Below, piece by piece: positions 51,333 to 60,929 of a stretch of DNA of 64,000 nucleotides; position 1 is the stretch's first letter; each line of letters begins with the position of its first letter. The notes beneath the pieces were generated by a model. The model searched no databases, was not told the origin of the DNA, and saw only the letters and a list, made by a program, of their open reading frames with translations. The translations under genes and the position numbers were made by a program. Source of the stretch: an uncultured Anaerolineales bacterium (lineage in GTDB: Bacteria; Chloroflexota; Anaerolineae; B4-G1); contig CAYVCX010000008.1 of assembly GCA_964450435.1 (NCBI GenBank), positions 6,548 to 70,547 on the forward strand, given 5' to 3'.

Positions 51333-52515
51333 CCTGCACCTCCTGGTTTCGGTAGATCTCCACATAGGGCTGTTCCACTTCGTGGAGTTCATCCATCTCA
51401 TAGGACACTAACGGCAGCGGATCCCGAAGGCTCACTCCCGCCACGTATCCCAGTGCCTTCTGCGCTCGATCCCCCAGCAGGCTGAACACCTGGCCGACCG
51501 GGATGTCCATTGGGCAGGCATCCTCGCACGCGCCGCACGATACGCACGACAGGGCCATGTGCGATGCCCGTCCAATGTGAAACAGCAAGGTGTCCGGCGA
51601 GAACCTCAGTGCTCCTTTGCGCTCTGCTCGCGCCAAGTAGTTCTCCGGGGGGAGCTTCAGCGCTGCCGATTCGAAGTAGCATTGGCGACAGTAGCACACT
51701 GGACACACCCGCTGGCAGTTGTGGCAGTTTATGCAGCTGCTGAACACGCCCAACAGCTTCTCCGCCCCGGCAATTGCCTCCTGCAGGTCTGCCTGCGCCT
51801 GCCGACGTCGCTCCCTCTGTGCCTGTTCAACCTGCTCCACCCGCGCGCCCCAATCCGTCAGCGCCGTGTTCAGGGAGTTGGCCTGCTGGGCCTCGTCTGG
51901 GGCGGGCAGGTCCATCTGCTCCAGGATGCGCTCTCCCTTGGTGCTCCCTGCGACGATAACTGCCGTTCCTTCCGCGCATCCCAGCGTGCCCACGTGCAGG
52001 TCCGAGCCGGGTGCCTGTCGGATGCTGAAGTGATCGCAGATCTGGCACGTCGACCGCATCGGCGAGCGGTCCCATTGTGAAGAAGCCTCCGCAAAGTAGG
52101 CCGCGTTGGCGACAGGGTCCTCAAGATAGTCCCCCAGCGGCAGCACGCCGGGGCAGTCCACAGTCATCAAATATACGTTGTCCAGATGTGCTTGCTCAAG
52201 CTTGCTCAGCTCGATCGCGGCCCGTGCCTCGCAGGGCCGCACGACCGCCGCGATTCGCTTGTTCGGCTTCCCGCGCATCGTCAGGCGACCGATTGCCTTA
52301 CTGCCCTGGACGGGCATCACGGGCGGTAGAAGGGAGGCACTATCAAGGATAGCCGGGTCCTGCAGCAGTAGGTAAGCGAACGAGTCCCCGGCCGGCGTTC
52401 TCACAGGTATGAGAACTGCATCAAAGATTCTCTTGTTCAACGTCTCCTTCAACCAGCCGATGAACGCCGCCTCAACGCCGTCGTCTGCTGCCAACACAAT
52501 ACCGTTGTCACTCAT
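51325..52515 (-). CDS. FrhB/FdhB family protein with C-terminal 2x[4Fe-4S] domain, paralogue 2
   Basis: CQICDHFSIRQAPGSDLHVGTLG motif. CINCHNCQRVCP and CVSCGACEDACP. ATGA overlap with the upstream mvhD-like gene. Confidence 0.6.
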   Translation of the reverse strand: MSDNGIVLAADDGVEAAFIGWLKETLNKRIFDAVLIPVRTPAGDSFAYLLLQDPAILDSASLLPPVMPVQGSKAIGRLTMRGKPNKRIAAVVRPCEARAAIELSKLEQAHLDNVYLMTVDCPGVLPLGDYLEDPVANAAYFAEASSQWDRSPMRSTCQICDHFSIRQAPGSDLHVGTLGCAEGTAVIVAGSTKGERILEQMDLPAPDEAQQANSLNTALTDWGARVEQVEQAQRERRRQAQADLQEAIAGAEKLLGVFSSCINCHNCQRVCPVCYCRQCYFESAALKLPPENYLARAERKGALRFSPDTLLFHIGRASHMALSCVSCGACEDACPMDIPVGQVFSLLGDRAQKALGYVAGVSLRDPLPLVSYEMDELHEVEQPYVEIYRNQEVQDA

Positions 52516-52943
52516 GTGTCGCTCCTTGTCTTCAGCGGGTTAGGACCCAGGCTCGTGATGTGCCGGTTGAACTCAGCGGACGTGTCCACAAACCGCCGTC
52601 CTTCGCCGTGCGCCACGTAGCGGAACCACACGCGCTCCGGCTCGAGACCCAGCGTGTCCAGCAGGCTCTTGACCAGCGCGACACGCCTTCGCGCGCGGAA
52701 GTTGCCATCGTCGTAGTGGCAGTCACCTGGGTGGCATCCGCTGATGACCACGCCGTCTGCCCCTTCAATCAGCGGGCGGACGATGTGCACCGCCGGCAGG
52801 GCGCCAGTGCAGTTGACCCGCGACGGGATCACGTTCTCCGGATAGCGCAGGTGATGGGCGGCGGCGGTCTCCGCCCCGCCGGAGCCACACCAGCTGCACA
52901 TGAAGTAGATGATCTTAGGTACGAACTCGTGTTCCTCGCTCAC
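52512..52943 (-). CDS. MvhD-like hydrogenase iron-sulfur subunit, paralogue 2
   Basis: YFMCSWCGSGGAE...RVNCTG...GADGVVISGCHPGDCHYDDGN. Confidence 0.65.
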   Translation of the reverse strand: MSEEHEFVPKIIYFMCSWCGSGGAETAAAHHLRYPENVIPSRVNCTGALPAVHIVRPLIEGADGVVISGCHPGDCHYDDGNFRARRRVALVKSLLDTLGLEPERVWFRYVAHGEGRRFVDTSAEFNRHITSLGPNPLKTRSDT

Positions 52944-52951
52944 ATTTCACC

Positions 52952-55900
52952 TCACACCAGTAGAGCATCGAGCGCGGCTACGGACTGCTCACCTTTAAAG
53001 TCCTGCAGATAGGACGCGTTGTTGGGACACGTGGCCACGCACGAACCACACGAATCGCAGAGGAAGGGGCGGATCTTGACCACCCGCTCGATCTGGTCAA
53101 TGACTCGCGCGCCGTAGGGACACACGTCCACACACACGCCGCAGCCCATGCACAGGGATTCGTGTACAGCGGCGACAAACATCTTGTTGGGAGGAGGCAT
53201 CTGATCCTTACCGATGACCACCAGCGCGCGACCGACCGCGTCCTTTGCGGTCAAGATCGTCTCGTCGAATGATCGCGGCGAGTGCGCCAGTCCCACCGGG
53301 AAGATGCCGTTGCTCCCCAGCTCGAAGGGCTTGGTCAGCTTCTTGATCGCCTCTTCATACGGGTAATTGCTGATGTCGCTGGAGAAGAAACCCTCGTAGT
53401 CCAGCGGATAACCCAGCAGCTCAGAGAGAGCCTCGTTGTTCTCTGCGTCCGGCACAATCCCCGTGCTCAACACCACCCAGTCCGCAGGATGGGTTTCCCC
53501 TTTGGTGACGACCTCCAACCCGGCCTCGTTCCTCCGCACCTCGGGATATCCGGTCTCCACGTCGTCTCCCGGGAAACGGATGAACGAAACCCCTGCCTCT
53601 TTGGCCAGTCGGTAGTAGTCCGTCTTTCCATAGCTTGCGATGTCGCGGTAGAAGACTCTGACCTCGGCTCCTTGCTCCCGGAGCAAGATGGCGTGCTCCA
53701 ACGCCTGGTTGCAGCACAGGCGGGAGCAGTACGGTACCTCCGGGGTTCTCGATCCCACGCACTGGATCATCGCCACGTGCTTGGCGGTCTCTCCGCCCTT
53801 CATTCTTTCCGCCAGCTCCGCCTGCGTCATCACGGCCGGATCTTCCCCGTAGAGGAAACCCTGCGGCAGGGATTCTTGCGCCCCCGTCGCTACGAAGATC
53901 ACACCCGCTTCCGCCGAGACAGGGGTCGCGGGGGTGTTCACGACCACCTGGTAATTCCCTGCGTACCCATCCACCTGGCTCAGTTCTGCTTGCGTGTAAC
54001 AGGTGATATTGTCCGAGGCGGTCACGCTAGAGATAAGTCTTTTCACGTACTCCCGCTGTCCCTCATCCAGGTACTTCGTCTGACCGCCCAGCTCGCTCTC
54101 GCGCTCCACCAACACCACGGCGAACCCATTGGCCGCGATCTCGGTGGCCGCAGTCAGCCCGGCCAGCCCGCCGCCGACGACCAGTGCCTGTCCGTTGAAC
54201 GTGTCCACAGATGGACGGACGTGTCTCCCGCGCTTGACCTTCTCCACTGCGCCCCGGATCAGCGCCAGCGACTTCATCAACATCCTCTCCGGATCTGTGT
54301 GAACCTGAATCACGTCTTCCCTGAAGCGCAGGTACTCACATAGGAGAGGGCTGAGGCCAGCTGTCATGACGGCCTTGTTGTACTTCCCTTTCTTCTGCAG
54401 GGGAGTGCAGGTGGCCAGGACAACCCGGTTGACGCCTGATGCTTCGATGCACTCCGTTGTCGCCTTGATCGTTGGGCCGGTGCAGCACCCCTCGATGACC
54501 TCCGCGTGGCTGACGCCCGGCAGTGTCTGCACGCGTTCCACCAGTCCCGGCAGATCAATCCGTTCATCGAACTGGCCGAAGCAACTACAGATGAACACAC
54601 CGACGCGTGCGAGCTCACCCGCTACGTCGCGCAGCGGTGGGGCAGGGCCGGGTTTCACGTTTTTCTCTCCCAGGTATGATTGCATCTCCGTCAGCGCTGC
54701 GCAGCCGTCCCATACGGTCTCCGGATTCCCCTTGGGGCCCGTCAGTTCTCCAACGGCAAAGATCCCATCCACGTCGGTCTCGCAGCACGAAAAGGGTCGC
54801 CGGCGGCAGAACCCATTGTCGTCTGCCTGCACGCCGGTCAGCCGTGACAGCTCGTTCATCTGCGACGGCGGGCTCTGCCCGGTGACCAGGATGGCGAGCT
54901 CAACGGTCTGCGTGCACGATTCCCCGTCTACGGACGTGTAATGGATTGTCGCTTCCTCAACGGTATCGTCGGGAACGATGCTGAGCGTCTCCGCCCGCTC
55001 CACACGCACCCCGGCATCCAGCGCTTTCTCGTACCACTGATGGTGTCCCTTGCCTATCCCCCGGTAATCGTGCAGGAAGACGGTCACCTCGGCCTGCGGC
55101 AGGATCTCCCTGAGACGGACCGCCCGGTAGATGGCGCTCACGCTCAGGTTGTAGTTCTCGTACTCGACCCCCGGTCGGTTGAAGTGCGGCGTGACGATCA
55201 CGGCGAACGTCTGCGGCATCCTGCCAGACGGCAGGCACACCGAGTCACGTACAAAGTTCGTCAGCAGGGAGCGCCTGGCCACCTCGGAGTTGCGAATGAC
55301 GCTCGGGCCTTGCCCCAATCCAAAATCGCTCAGGTCCTCATCGCTCGGCTCCTCGAACGCATCGGCTAGGACGATCGCGCCCACGTCGGCCTCCATTGCT
55401 TCCTCGGGTCGCTCGACCTTGAGCGCGCCGGTGGGACACACCTCCTCGCATGCACCGCAGCGCGTGCAGTGCTCGAAGTCGATCAGGTAGCAATTCTCCC
55501 AGCCCGCCTCGGGGATCACGCGGATCGCCTTGCCGTCATCCACCTCGACGGGACAGACCTCGATGCACTGATCGCACTCCGTGCAGGCGAAGTTGTTGAC
55601 CGCCTTGTCTCTCTTCTTGAACTTGACGTGGAAATGCCCCGCCTCGCCGGAGACCGCCAGCAACTCCGCGTTGTAACAGTCCTGCATCGCGCCGCTGGCC
55701 TTGAATGCGCGCTGGGGCATATGCCCGCAGATCCAGCAGAAGTCGAGGGGCAACTGGGCCAGGGCCTGATACTTCTCCTCGTCCACGTACGAGCCACGGT
55801 TGAGCAGGATGAACTTATGCCCGCGCTTGCCAAGGGCGTACGCCGCTCGATAGCCGCCTAGATTGGTTCCATAGATCAACACCGTACTCTCATTTGGCAT
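52952..55900 (-). CDS. hdrA: HdrA-like FAD/iron-sulfur oxidoreductase, double-length (982 aa) with internal and C-terminal ferredoxin domains
   Basis: N-terminal HdrA-like region with inserted 2x[4Fe-4S] (CTECDQCIEVCP, CTRCGACEEVCP). Second Rossmann/FAD site ALVVGGGLAGLTAATEIA. Multiple Cys clusters. C-terminal CMGCGVCVDVCP and CDSCGSCVATCP. Confidence 0.7.
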   Translation of the reverse strand: MPNESTVLIYGTNLGGYRAAYALGKRGHKFILLNRGSYVDEEKYQALAQLPLDFCWICGHMPQRAFKASGAMQDCYNAELLAVSGEAGHFHVKFKKRDKAVNNFACTECDQCIEVCPVEVDDGKAIRVIPEAGWENCYLIDFEHCTRCGACEEVCPTGALKVERPEEAMEADVGAIVLADAFEEPSDEDLSDFGLGQGPSVIRNSEVARRSLLTNFVRDSVCLPSGRMPQTFAVIVTPHFNRPGVEYENYNLSVSAIYRAVRLREILPQAEVTVFLHDYRGIGKGHHQWYEKALDAGVRVERAETLSIVPDDTVEEATIHYTSVDGESCTQTVELAILVTGQSPPSQMNELSRLTGVQADDNGFCRRRPFSCCETDVDGIFAVGELTGPKGNPETVWDGCAALTEMQSYLGEKNVKPGPAPPLRDVAGELARVGVFICSCFGQFDERIDLPGLVERVQTLPGVSHAEVIEGCCTGPTIKATTECIEASGVNRVVLATCTPLQKKGKYNKAVMTAGLSPLLCEYLRFREDVIQVHTDPERMLMKSLALIRGAVEKVKRGRHVRPSVDTFNGQALVVGGGLAGLTAATEIAANGFAVVLVERESELGGQTKYLDEGQREYVKRLISSVTASDNITCYTQAELSQVDGYAGNYQVVVNTPATPVSAEAGVIFVATGAQESLPQGFLYGEDPAVMTQAELAERMKGGETAKHVAMIQCVGSRTPEVPYCSRLCCNQALEHAILLREQGAEVRVFYRDIASYGKTDYYRLAKEAGVSFIRFPGDDVETGYPEVRRNEAGLEVVTKGETHPADWVVLSTGIVPDAENNEALSELLGYPLDYEGFFSSDISNYPYEEAIKKLTKPFELGSNGIFPVGLAHSPRSFDETILTAKDAVGRALVVIGKDQMPPPNKMFVAAVHESLCMGCGVCVDVCPYGARVIDQIERVVKIRPFLCDSCGSCVATCPNNASYLQDFKGEQSVAALDALLV

Positions 55901-56124
55901 CTGCCTACCTCCACTGCCTTAGGGCTCAAATGTGTGACTTGAACGGTAACCCGATGGATGACTTCGACGTAACGGACTGAGCTCCGATTTGGCCTCGACC
56001 GGCGTGCTTCTGCTGGGCCTGGATCGTCCATCCGGCCCAGAGATCGAAATCCGGCCTTCACTTCAGAGCGAAACTAGCTTCACTGAGTCTGCTTGCATTG
56101 TGCCCTCCTCATAATGGCGGGTTT

Positions 56125-57396
56125 TCAAAGATCTGATTGCCCCATATGCAACGTCTCTGGGACGGTCGTTAGCAGAGGAATCCTGATGAACAAGTCCACC
56201 ACCAGCGGAACCAGGAACACATATCCCGGGCCCAGCCTCTCCCATATCAACCCGGCCAGGATAGGAGCAGGGATCGTGATCAGCCCTCGAAAGAGACCTT
56301 GCAGGCCACTCCATTTGCCCATCTCCTCCACCGAGACGAGCTCTAACGCCATGGCTCCGCTGACGCCGGAGTTGATGTAGTAGAACGTCCACAGCGCGCC
56401 TGCCAGGATCAACGTCACCGAGCTGAAAGAGAAGATCAGCAGCAAGTGGGACACGTACCACAGGGGAGTCAGAAGGTAGATCACCTTCTTCCGCCCAATC
56501 CGGTCCGCCAGGCGGCCCAGGGGGACGCCGAATACCAGTCGCGTGAGGATGGTCGCCGTTGCCATGGCGCCAAGCACGTACTGATTCGCTCCCTTTACCT
56601 CGTGGGCGAACACCTGAAGGAACGGGAGGGACATAGCAATAGGGAGCGACGTAAGAGAGGAGATGACGACCCACTTCCTCAAAGGGCTGCTGCCCGCGAG
56701 GAGTTGCTTGATCCCGCTGATCAGACCGGGAGTGACCCCTGCGGCGGGCGTGCTTTTGATGTCGCTCAGCCGGGTCGCCACGAGGAGGAAGACGAGCGCA
56801 TAGCCGGCGAAACGCATCGCATACAGGGGTCGGATCCCCTCGAGCGTCACGCCTCCAAAGGCTGTCACCACCGGGGCCGCGAGCAGCGGGGCCATCATCG
56901 AGAGCACAGAGCGGAACGCTGCGCACAGGTTCTGTGCAGTCGCGCGATCCTCGTTCGCCACGGAGTCGACGCTGATGACGCTGCAGCCTGTCCCCGTGAG
57001 CCGCACCGCGATTGCGTAGAGAATCATCGCACACACGATGGCGTGCCAGCCTGGCGCCACGGCGTAGATCAGCGCCACGCCAGCCAGCAATCCCGTTCCC
57101 AGCACGTAGAAGCGCTTGAAGCCGTGCCGGTCGACGAGCCACCCCACCGGTACGGCGATGAGGGCAGCGACCCCGTTGCCGATGCTGTTTACCGTCCCCA
57201 GCTCGACCGACCCCGCTCCGAGCGCCACCGTGTAGATGGAATCGTATGGGGCCGTCAGGTTGTACAGGAACTCGTTCACCGCGGCGCGTGTGACCCCAAC
57301 CCGGTAGTTGTGCTTCTGCCGGTTGATGAACCCAGTGACGCGTCCAACCGATTTGGCGATTGTGCTTGCCGCAGCCCAGTCCTTCGCCTCTTCCAC
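56125..57396 (-). CDS. MFS transporter
   Basis: 12 predicted TM helices with a 6+6 organisation and MFS-like loop motifs. Confidence 0.65.
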   Translation of the reverse strand: MEEAKDWAAASTIAKSVGRVTGFINRQKHNYRVGVTRAAVNEFLYNLTAPYDSIYTVALGAGSVELGTVNSIGNGVAALIAVPVGWLVDRHGFKRFYVLGTGLLAGVALIYAVAPGWHAIVCAMILYAIAVRLTGTGCSVISVDSVANEDRATAQNLCAAFRSVLSMMAPLLAAPVVTAFGGVTLEGIRPLYAMRFAGYALVFLLVATRLSDIKSTPAAGVTPGLISGIKQLLAGSSPLRKWVVISSLTSLPIAMSLPFLQVFAHEVKGANQYVLGAMATATILTRLVFGVPLGRLADRIGRKKVIYLLTPLWYVSHLLLIFSFSSVTLILAGALWTFYYINSGVSGAMALELVSVEEMGKWSGLQGLFRGLITIPAPILAGLIWERLGPGYVFLVPLVVDLFIRIPLLTTVPETLHMGQSDL

Positions 57397-57490
57397 GCTT
57401 CCTGTCTCTATAGATATCTCTTCGCCTGCGGCTCACTCACCGGCAAGCTTCCGGCCCCTTGCTCCGTTCCGACCTCCAGACGAGAAGCCG

Positions 57491-58483
57491 TCACCGGCAG
57501 ACCGTCGTTCTCCCATCGCTCGATCGCTCTGGCTCCCCACGGAGAGGCCTACGCGCACGATTCGGCATACCGGAGGCAGTCGCCAGTGTCGGCCTCAACT
57601 CGGGCGTAGGCTTCGTGCCACCCCCAGGGTACCGGCATCTCCTCATAGAGCGCCTCTCGGCGCGCCCCCAACAGGCACCGTGCCCCCCCATGAAATCGGC
57701 CGTGCACATCACCCGCTGCCCTGTTCTGGATGAGAGACAATCAAGCCACTCCAAGCCCTCCTCGCACCGGAGCAGGTGGTGGTCCAGGATCAGCGTATCG
57801 ACCTCCCGGGCCAGTCGTTCTGCGTTCTTCCAGGCACGCACGCGCCGCCTGCGGCCCACGAAGTGGCAGAGATAGAGGGCTGACCCGCCAACCAGGACGC
57901 TATCAGGCACCCAGTCTAGGATCAACGAGACGGCCTGGTGGTCGAGGAGTTGAATGTCGGAAGCGTGCACGAAGACGGTCCCGTCATCCTCGATGCGGGT
58001 CATCATCACCGTGCCGAGATGCGAATCTGGCTCTCCGTGCGCTACCGCCGGGGAGAAGGCGAGAGCTCCGGGGATCTGCCCGTCGGCGGCGTCCAGAGGC
58101 CTGTCCAGAATGTCGCTCAGGCCCTCGCGACGATCCTTCATGGTGGGGGAGAGACCTTCGTCTCCTTTCACCCACAACTGGGTCGTGTGACAGAGAGTCG
58201 CTGCCCGCAGTGCCTTCAGCTGGTAGGGATTCGCGTCCGGTAGAGGTGCGTGATCGCCGTGAAGGTGGCTGATCACCACGTCGCTCGCTGCCTCCAACCT
58301 TTTCCGGATCTTCGGACGCGCGCACTCGCCGACGGCCACCTGGGCCGGGTGCCGGAGCAGGCCGTGGCGCTCATAGCCTAGCGCCAGTCCAGGGTCAATG
58401 AGGAACCTGCGACCCGCGGCTTCCACGGCACAGCACAAGCCGCGCACGCCCAGCGACTCCGCACCGAGAATCTCAATCTGCAT
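57491..58483 (-). CDS. MBL-fold metallo-hydrolase
   Basis: HLHGDH zinc motif. The last ~60 aa are Arg-rich and look out of frame, so there may be a 3' frameshift. Confidence 0.55.
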   Translation of the reverse strand: MQIEILGAESLGVRGLCCAVEAAGRRFLIDPGLALGYERHGLLRHPAQVAVGECARPKIRKRLEAASDVVISHLHGDHAPLPDANPYQLKALRAATLCHTTQLWVKGDEGLSPTMKDRREGLSDILDRPLDAADGQIPGALAFSPAVAHGEPDSHLGTVMMTRIEDDGTVFVHASDIQLLDHQAVSLILDWVPDSVLVGGSALYLCHFVGRRRRVRAWKNAERLAREVDTLILDHHLLRCEEGLEWLDCLSSRTGQRVMCTADFMGGHGACWGRAERRSMRRCRYPGGGTKPTPELRPTLATASGMPNRARRPLRGEPERSSDGRTTVCR

Positions 58484-58548
58484 CTGATCCCACCCCAGAG
58501 AAGACCGCGAGCGAAGACGAGGCCGTCTGAACGTAGGCTGACTTCGGA

Positions 58549-59889
58549 CTATTTCCGCATCTTCGCCAGGGCCATCTCGGCCGCGTTCACCACGTGGTAT
58601 GCGATAGGCGAGGCGGTTAGCGCCGGATGGGTCCCGATCTGGAACATCGCCATCTCCTCGGCCGTCATGCGGCTCTGCACACAGGCCGAGATCGCGTTGA
58701 TGATCTCGCCGGCGGTCGCATCGCCCATGACCTGGCCGCCCAGCGCCAGACCGGAGTTCCGCTCAAATACCATCTTCACCTTTGTCTGCGCCACGCCGGG
58801 CATGGAGCCAGGGTGGCGGTTCGGTCCTTCGATCGCCACGGAGACCACGTCGTAACCCAAGTCCTCGGCCATCGATTCCGTCAGCCCAGCGGTGGCCAGC
58901 GCATGATCGCCCACCGCCGTCGACCAGACGCCCACCGTGCCGACGTTCTCCCGCTTGATGGCAAACAGATTCGCGCCGGCGATGCGCGCCTCGGTCGAGG
59001 CAATGGAAGCTAACTTGAGGCCCGAGGGCTTCCCACCAAAGAAAGAGACCTTCTCCGCGCAGTCACCGCACGCATAGACGTCGTCGGACGATGTCTGCAT
59101 CGTCCGATCCACGCTGATCCCGCCCGTCGGCCCTGTCTCCAGGCCCGCGCGTTCCGCCAGGTCCACGCTCGCCACGGCGCCTACGCCCATAATCACCATG
59201 TCCGCGTCGATGACTGTACCGTCTGCCAGCTCCACGCGTTCCACGCATCCGTTGCCAGCGATGCGCTCCACCCGTGCTGGAGCGCTCACGGTGACGCCGC
59301 GGGATTCGAGTATCTCCTCCATGGTGACGCAGAACTCCTCATCGTATGCTAACATGAGGCAGTGCGGTAGCATCTCGACGATGGTGACGTTCTTGTCCCC
59401 CGTCTTGTTGATCTCATCCCCGAACTCAATCCCGATGAACCCGCCGCCGATGACCACCACATCCTCGACCGTTTCCAACTCCCTCTGCAGGTCACTCAGG
59501 TAGTCCACGTCTTTGAGAACGGTGTATACCCCGTCCAGATCGATCCCCGGTATGGGGGGCATGGCCGGCTTCGATCCGGTGGCCAGAATCAGCCGGTCGT
59601 AGCCGATTTGAGCTGACCCGGTATCTACTACCTTCTTCTCTGTATCCAGGGCCTCTACTTCCGTGACCAACAGCTCGATGTCGTTCTTCTCAAGCACCGC
59701 ATCCGATATCAAGTTTCTATCCGGTGATCCCACTGTGCCGAAGATGTACGGGATCCCGCACGGGATCAGAACCTGCTCTTCCTTCCGCACCATCAGGATC
59801 GATTTCTCTGGATAGTGGCGTCGTGCTGTGATGGCGGCGGTCAGGCCAGCGGCACTTCCCCCCACGATGACAACGTCAGCCCGTTTCAT
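58549..59889 (-). CDS. FAD-dependent pyridine nucleotide-disulfide oxidoreductase (CoA-disulfide reductase / NADH oxidase family)
   Basis: VVIVGGSAAGLTAA FAD site. Redox Cys in LIPCGIPY. Second Rossmann VVVIGGGFIGIEF. Confidence 0.7.
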   Translation of the reverse strand: MKRADVVIVGGSAAGLTAAITARRHYPEKSILMVRKEEQVLIPCGIPYIFGTVGSPDRNLISDAVLEKNDIELLVTEVEALDTEKKVVDTGSAQIGYDRLILATGSKPAMPPIPGIDLDGVYTVLKDVDYLSDLQRELETVEDVVVIGGGFIGIEFGDEINKTGDKNVTIVEMLPHCLMLAYDEEFCVTMEEILESRGVTVSAPARVERIAGNGCVERVELADGTVIDADMVIMGVGAVASVDLAERAGLETGPTGGISVDRTMQTSSDDVYACGDCAEKVSFFGGKPSGLKLASIASTEARIAGANLFAIKRENVGTVGVWSTAVGDHALATAGLTESMAEDLGYDVVSVAIEGPNRHPGSMPGVAQTKVKMVFERNSGLALGGQVMGDATAGEIINAISACVQSRMTAEEMAMFQIGTHPALTASPIAYHVVNAAEMALAKMRK

Positions 59890-60110
59890 GTTTGGCTCCT
59901 TCTGTTGACGATGGTTAATTCCACCTGGACCGGTGGTCCAGTCCCATCCACGCCCGCTATCGGGGGCATGTCGATGTCTCTCGCGACTGCCGTGCCTCGT
60001 GTGAGACGTATACTGTCGTATGTCCCGCGTCGCACCTCCTTATCCCAGACGTCCTGCTCTCTTCAAGCGTGCCGCGCGGGCCGTTGTGCCTGGCCTCCTG
60101 ACCAGGCACT

Positions 60111-60785
60111 TCACCCCTCTTCCTCAAGCTGCTCCAACCGATCCAACACCTGGCTCAGCTGATTCTGCAACTGCTTGGCTGTCTCCTTCAACGCAGCCAT
60201 CTCTTCCTTTGCCGTGGCTCCCGGCTGCCCAGCCGGCGGTACAGACCCCGACGCTGCCGGACCTGACGGTACTGCCGCTGACTGTGGCGGTGCGCTCGTG
60301 CCGTACCCTTGACCGACACGGCCCATGCCGCGGCCCATACCACGCCCTCTACCCATACCACGGCCCCTACCCATTCCTCGTCCCGTGCCCATCCCCGGCT
60401 GCACGCCGCTCCCGTGGGGCACGCCCATGCCCATACCGGCCTGCGCGCTGGCGTCGGCGATCGACTGCAGCTGGCCCGACTTGAAGGCTTCGACGGCCTC
60501 TCGCACGGTCCCTTCACCGAACAAGTAGATAGGAATCCCCGCCGCCTGGAACACGTTGTAGGCATTCGGTCCCACGTTGCCCGTCACCACCGCCTGTGCG
60601 CCCTGCGCGACGACGAACTGAGCGGCCTGAATGCCCGCCCCGCTGGCGGCGCCGATCACCTGATTCTCCGCGGCCTCGTGCGCCATGCTCTGCGTGTCCA
60701 CGAAGACGTAGGCGGGACAGCGACCGAAGACCGGGCTTGCCGCTGCGTCGAGATCGGCTCCGTTGCTTGTGACCGCAATTCTCAT
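60111..60785 (-). CDS. NifX/NifB-like dinitrogenase FeMo-cofactor-family domain protein with Gly/Arg-rich repeat (GMGRGRG)n and C-terminal coiled coil
   Basis: MRIAVTSNG..D..SPVFGRCPAYVFVD matches the Nitro_FeMo-Co fold. Internal M with AGGAGGAG RBS. The tail is DUF5320-like. Confidence 0.6.
   Translation of the reverse strand: MRIAVTSNGADLDAAASPVFGRCPAYVFVDTQSMAHEAAENQVIGAASGAGIQAAQFVVAQGAQAVVTGNVGPNAYNVFQAAGIPIYLFGEGTVREAVEAFKSGQLQSIADASAQAGMGMGVPHGSGVQPGMGTGRGMGRGRGMGRGRGMGRGMGRVGQGYGTSAPPQSAAVPSGPAASGSVPPAGQPGATAKEEMAALKETAKQLQNQLSQVLDRLEQLEEEG
60321..60400. repeat. imperfect 9-12-bp tandem repeats (CCCATACCACGG-like) encoding (GMGRGR)n in the NifX-like gene
   Basis: Seen directly, both as DNA periodicity and as the MGRGRGMGRGRGMGRGMGR peptide. 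Confidence 0.5.
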
Positions 60786-60929
60786 TTGCACTCCTCCTGA
60801 CGAGACGTACAGTTCTCCTACCTGCCGGACGAGAGGCATCCGCCCCTCGTCCGCTACGGCGCTCGAGACGGGTGAGGACGTAGACCACGGCAACACCCGC
60901 CCCGAAGATCTTCGTGGACCGCTTGCGCC

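Noticed and set aside
53282-54343. 353-aa plus-strand ORF (and similar 56446..57609, 59198..59503)
   Set aside because: These are antisense to hdrA, the MFS gene and the CoADR gene respectively. They are low-complexity and the opposite strand has clear homology.
46783-55900. Search for in-frame TGA (selenocysteine) in hdrA, mvhD and frhB-like genes, prompted by the presence of selB
   Set aside because: All these ORFs are continuous. Gene junctions are out of frame with each other, and no SECIS-like hairpin was identified by eye.
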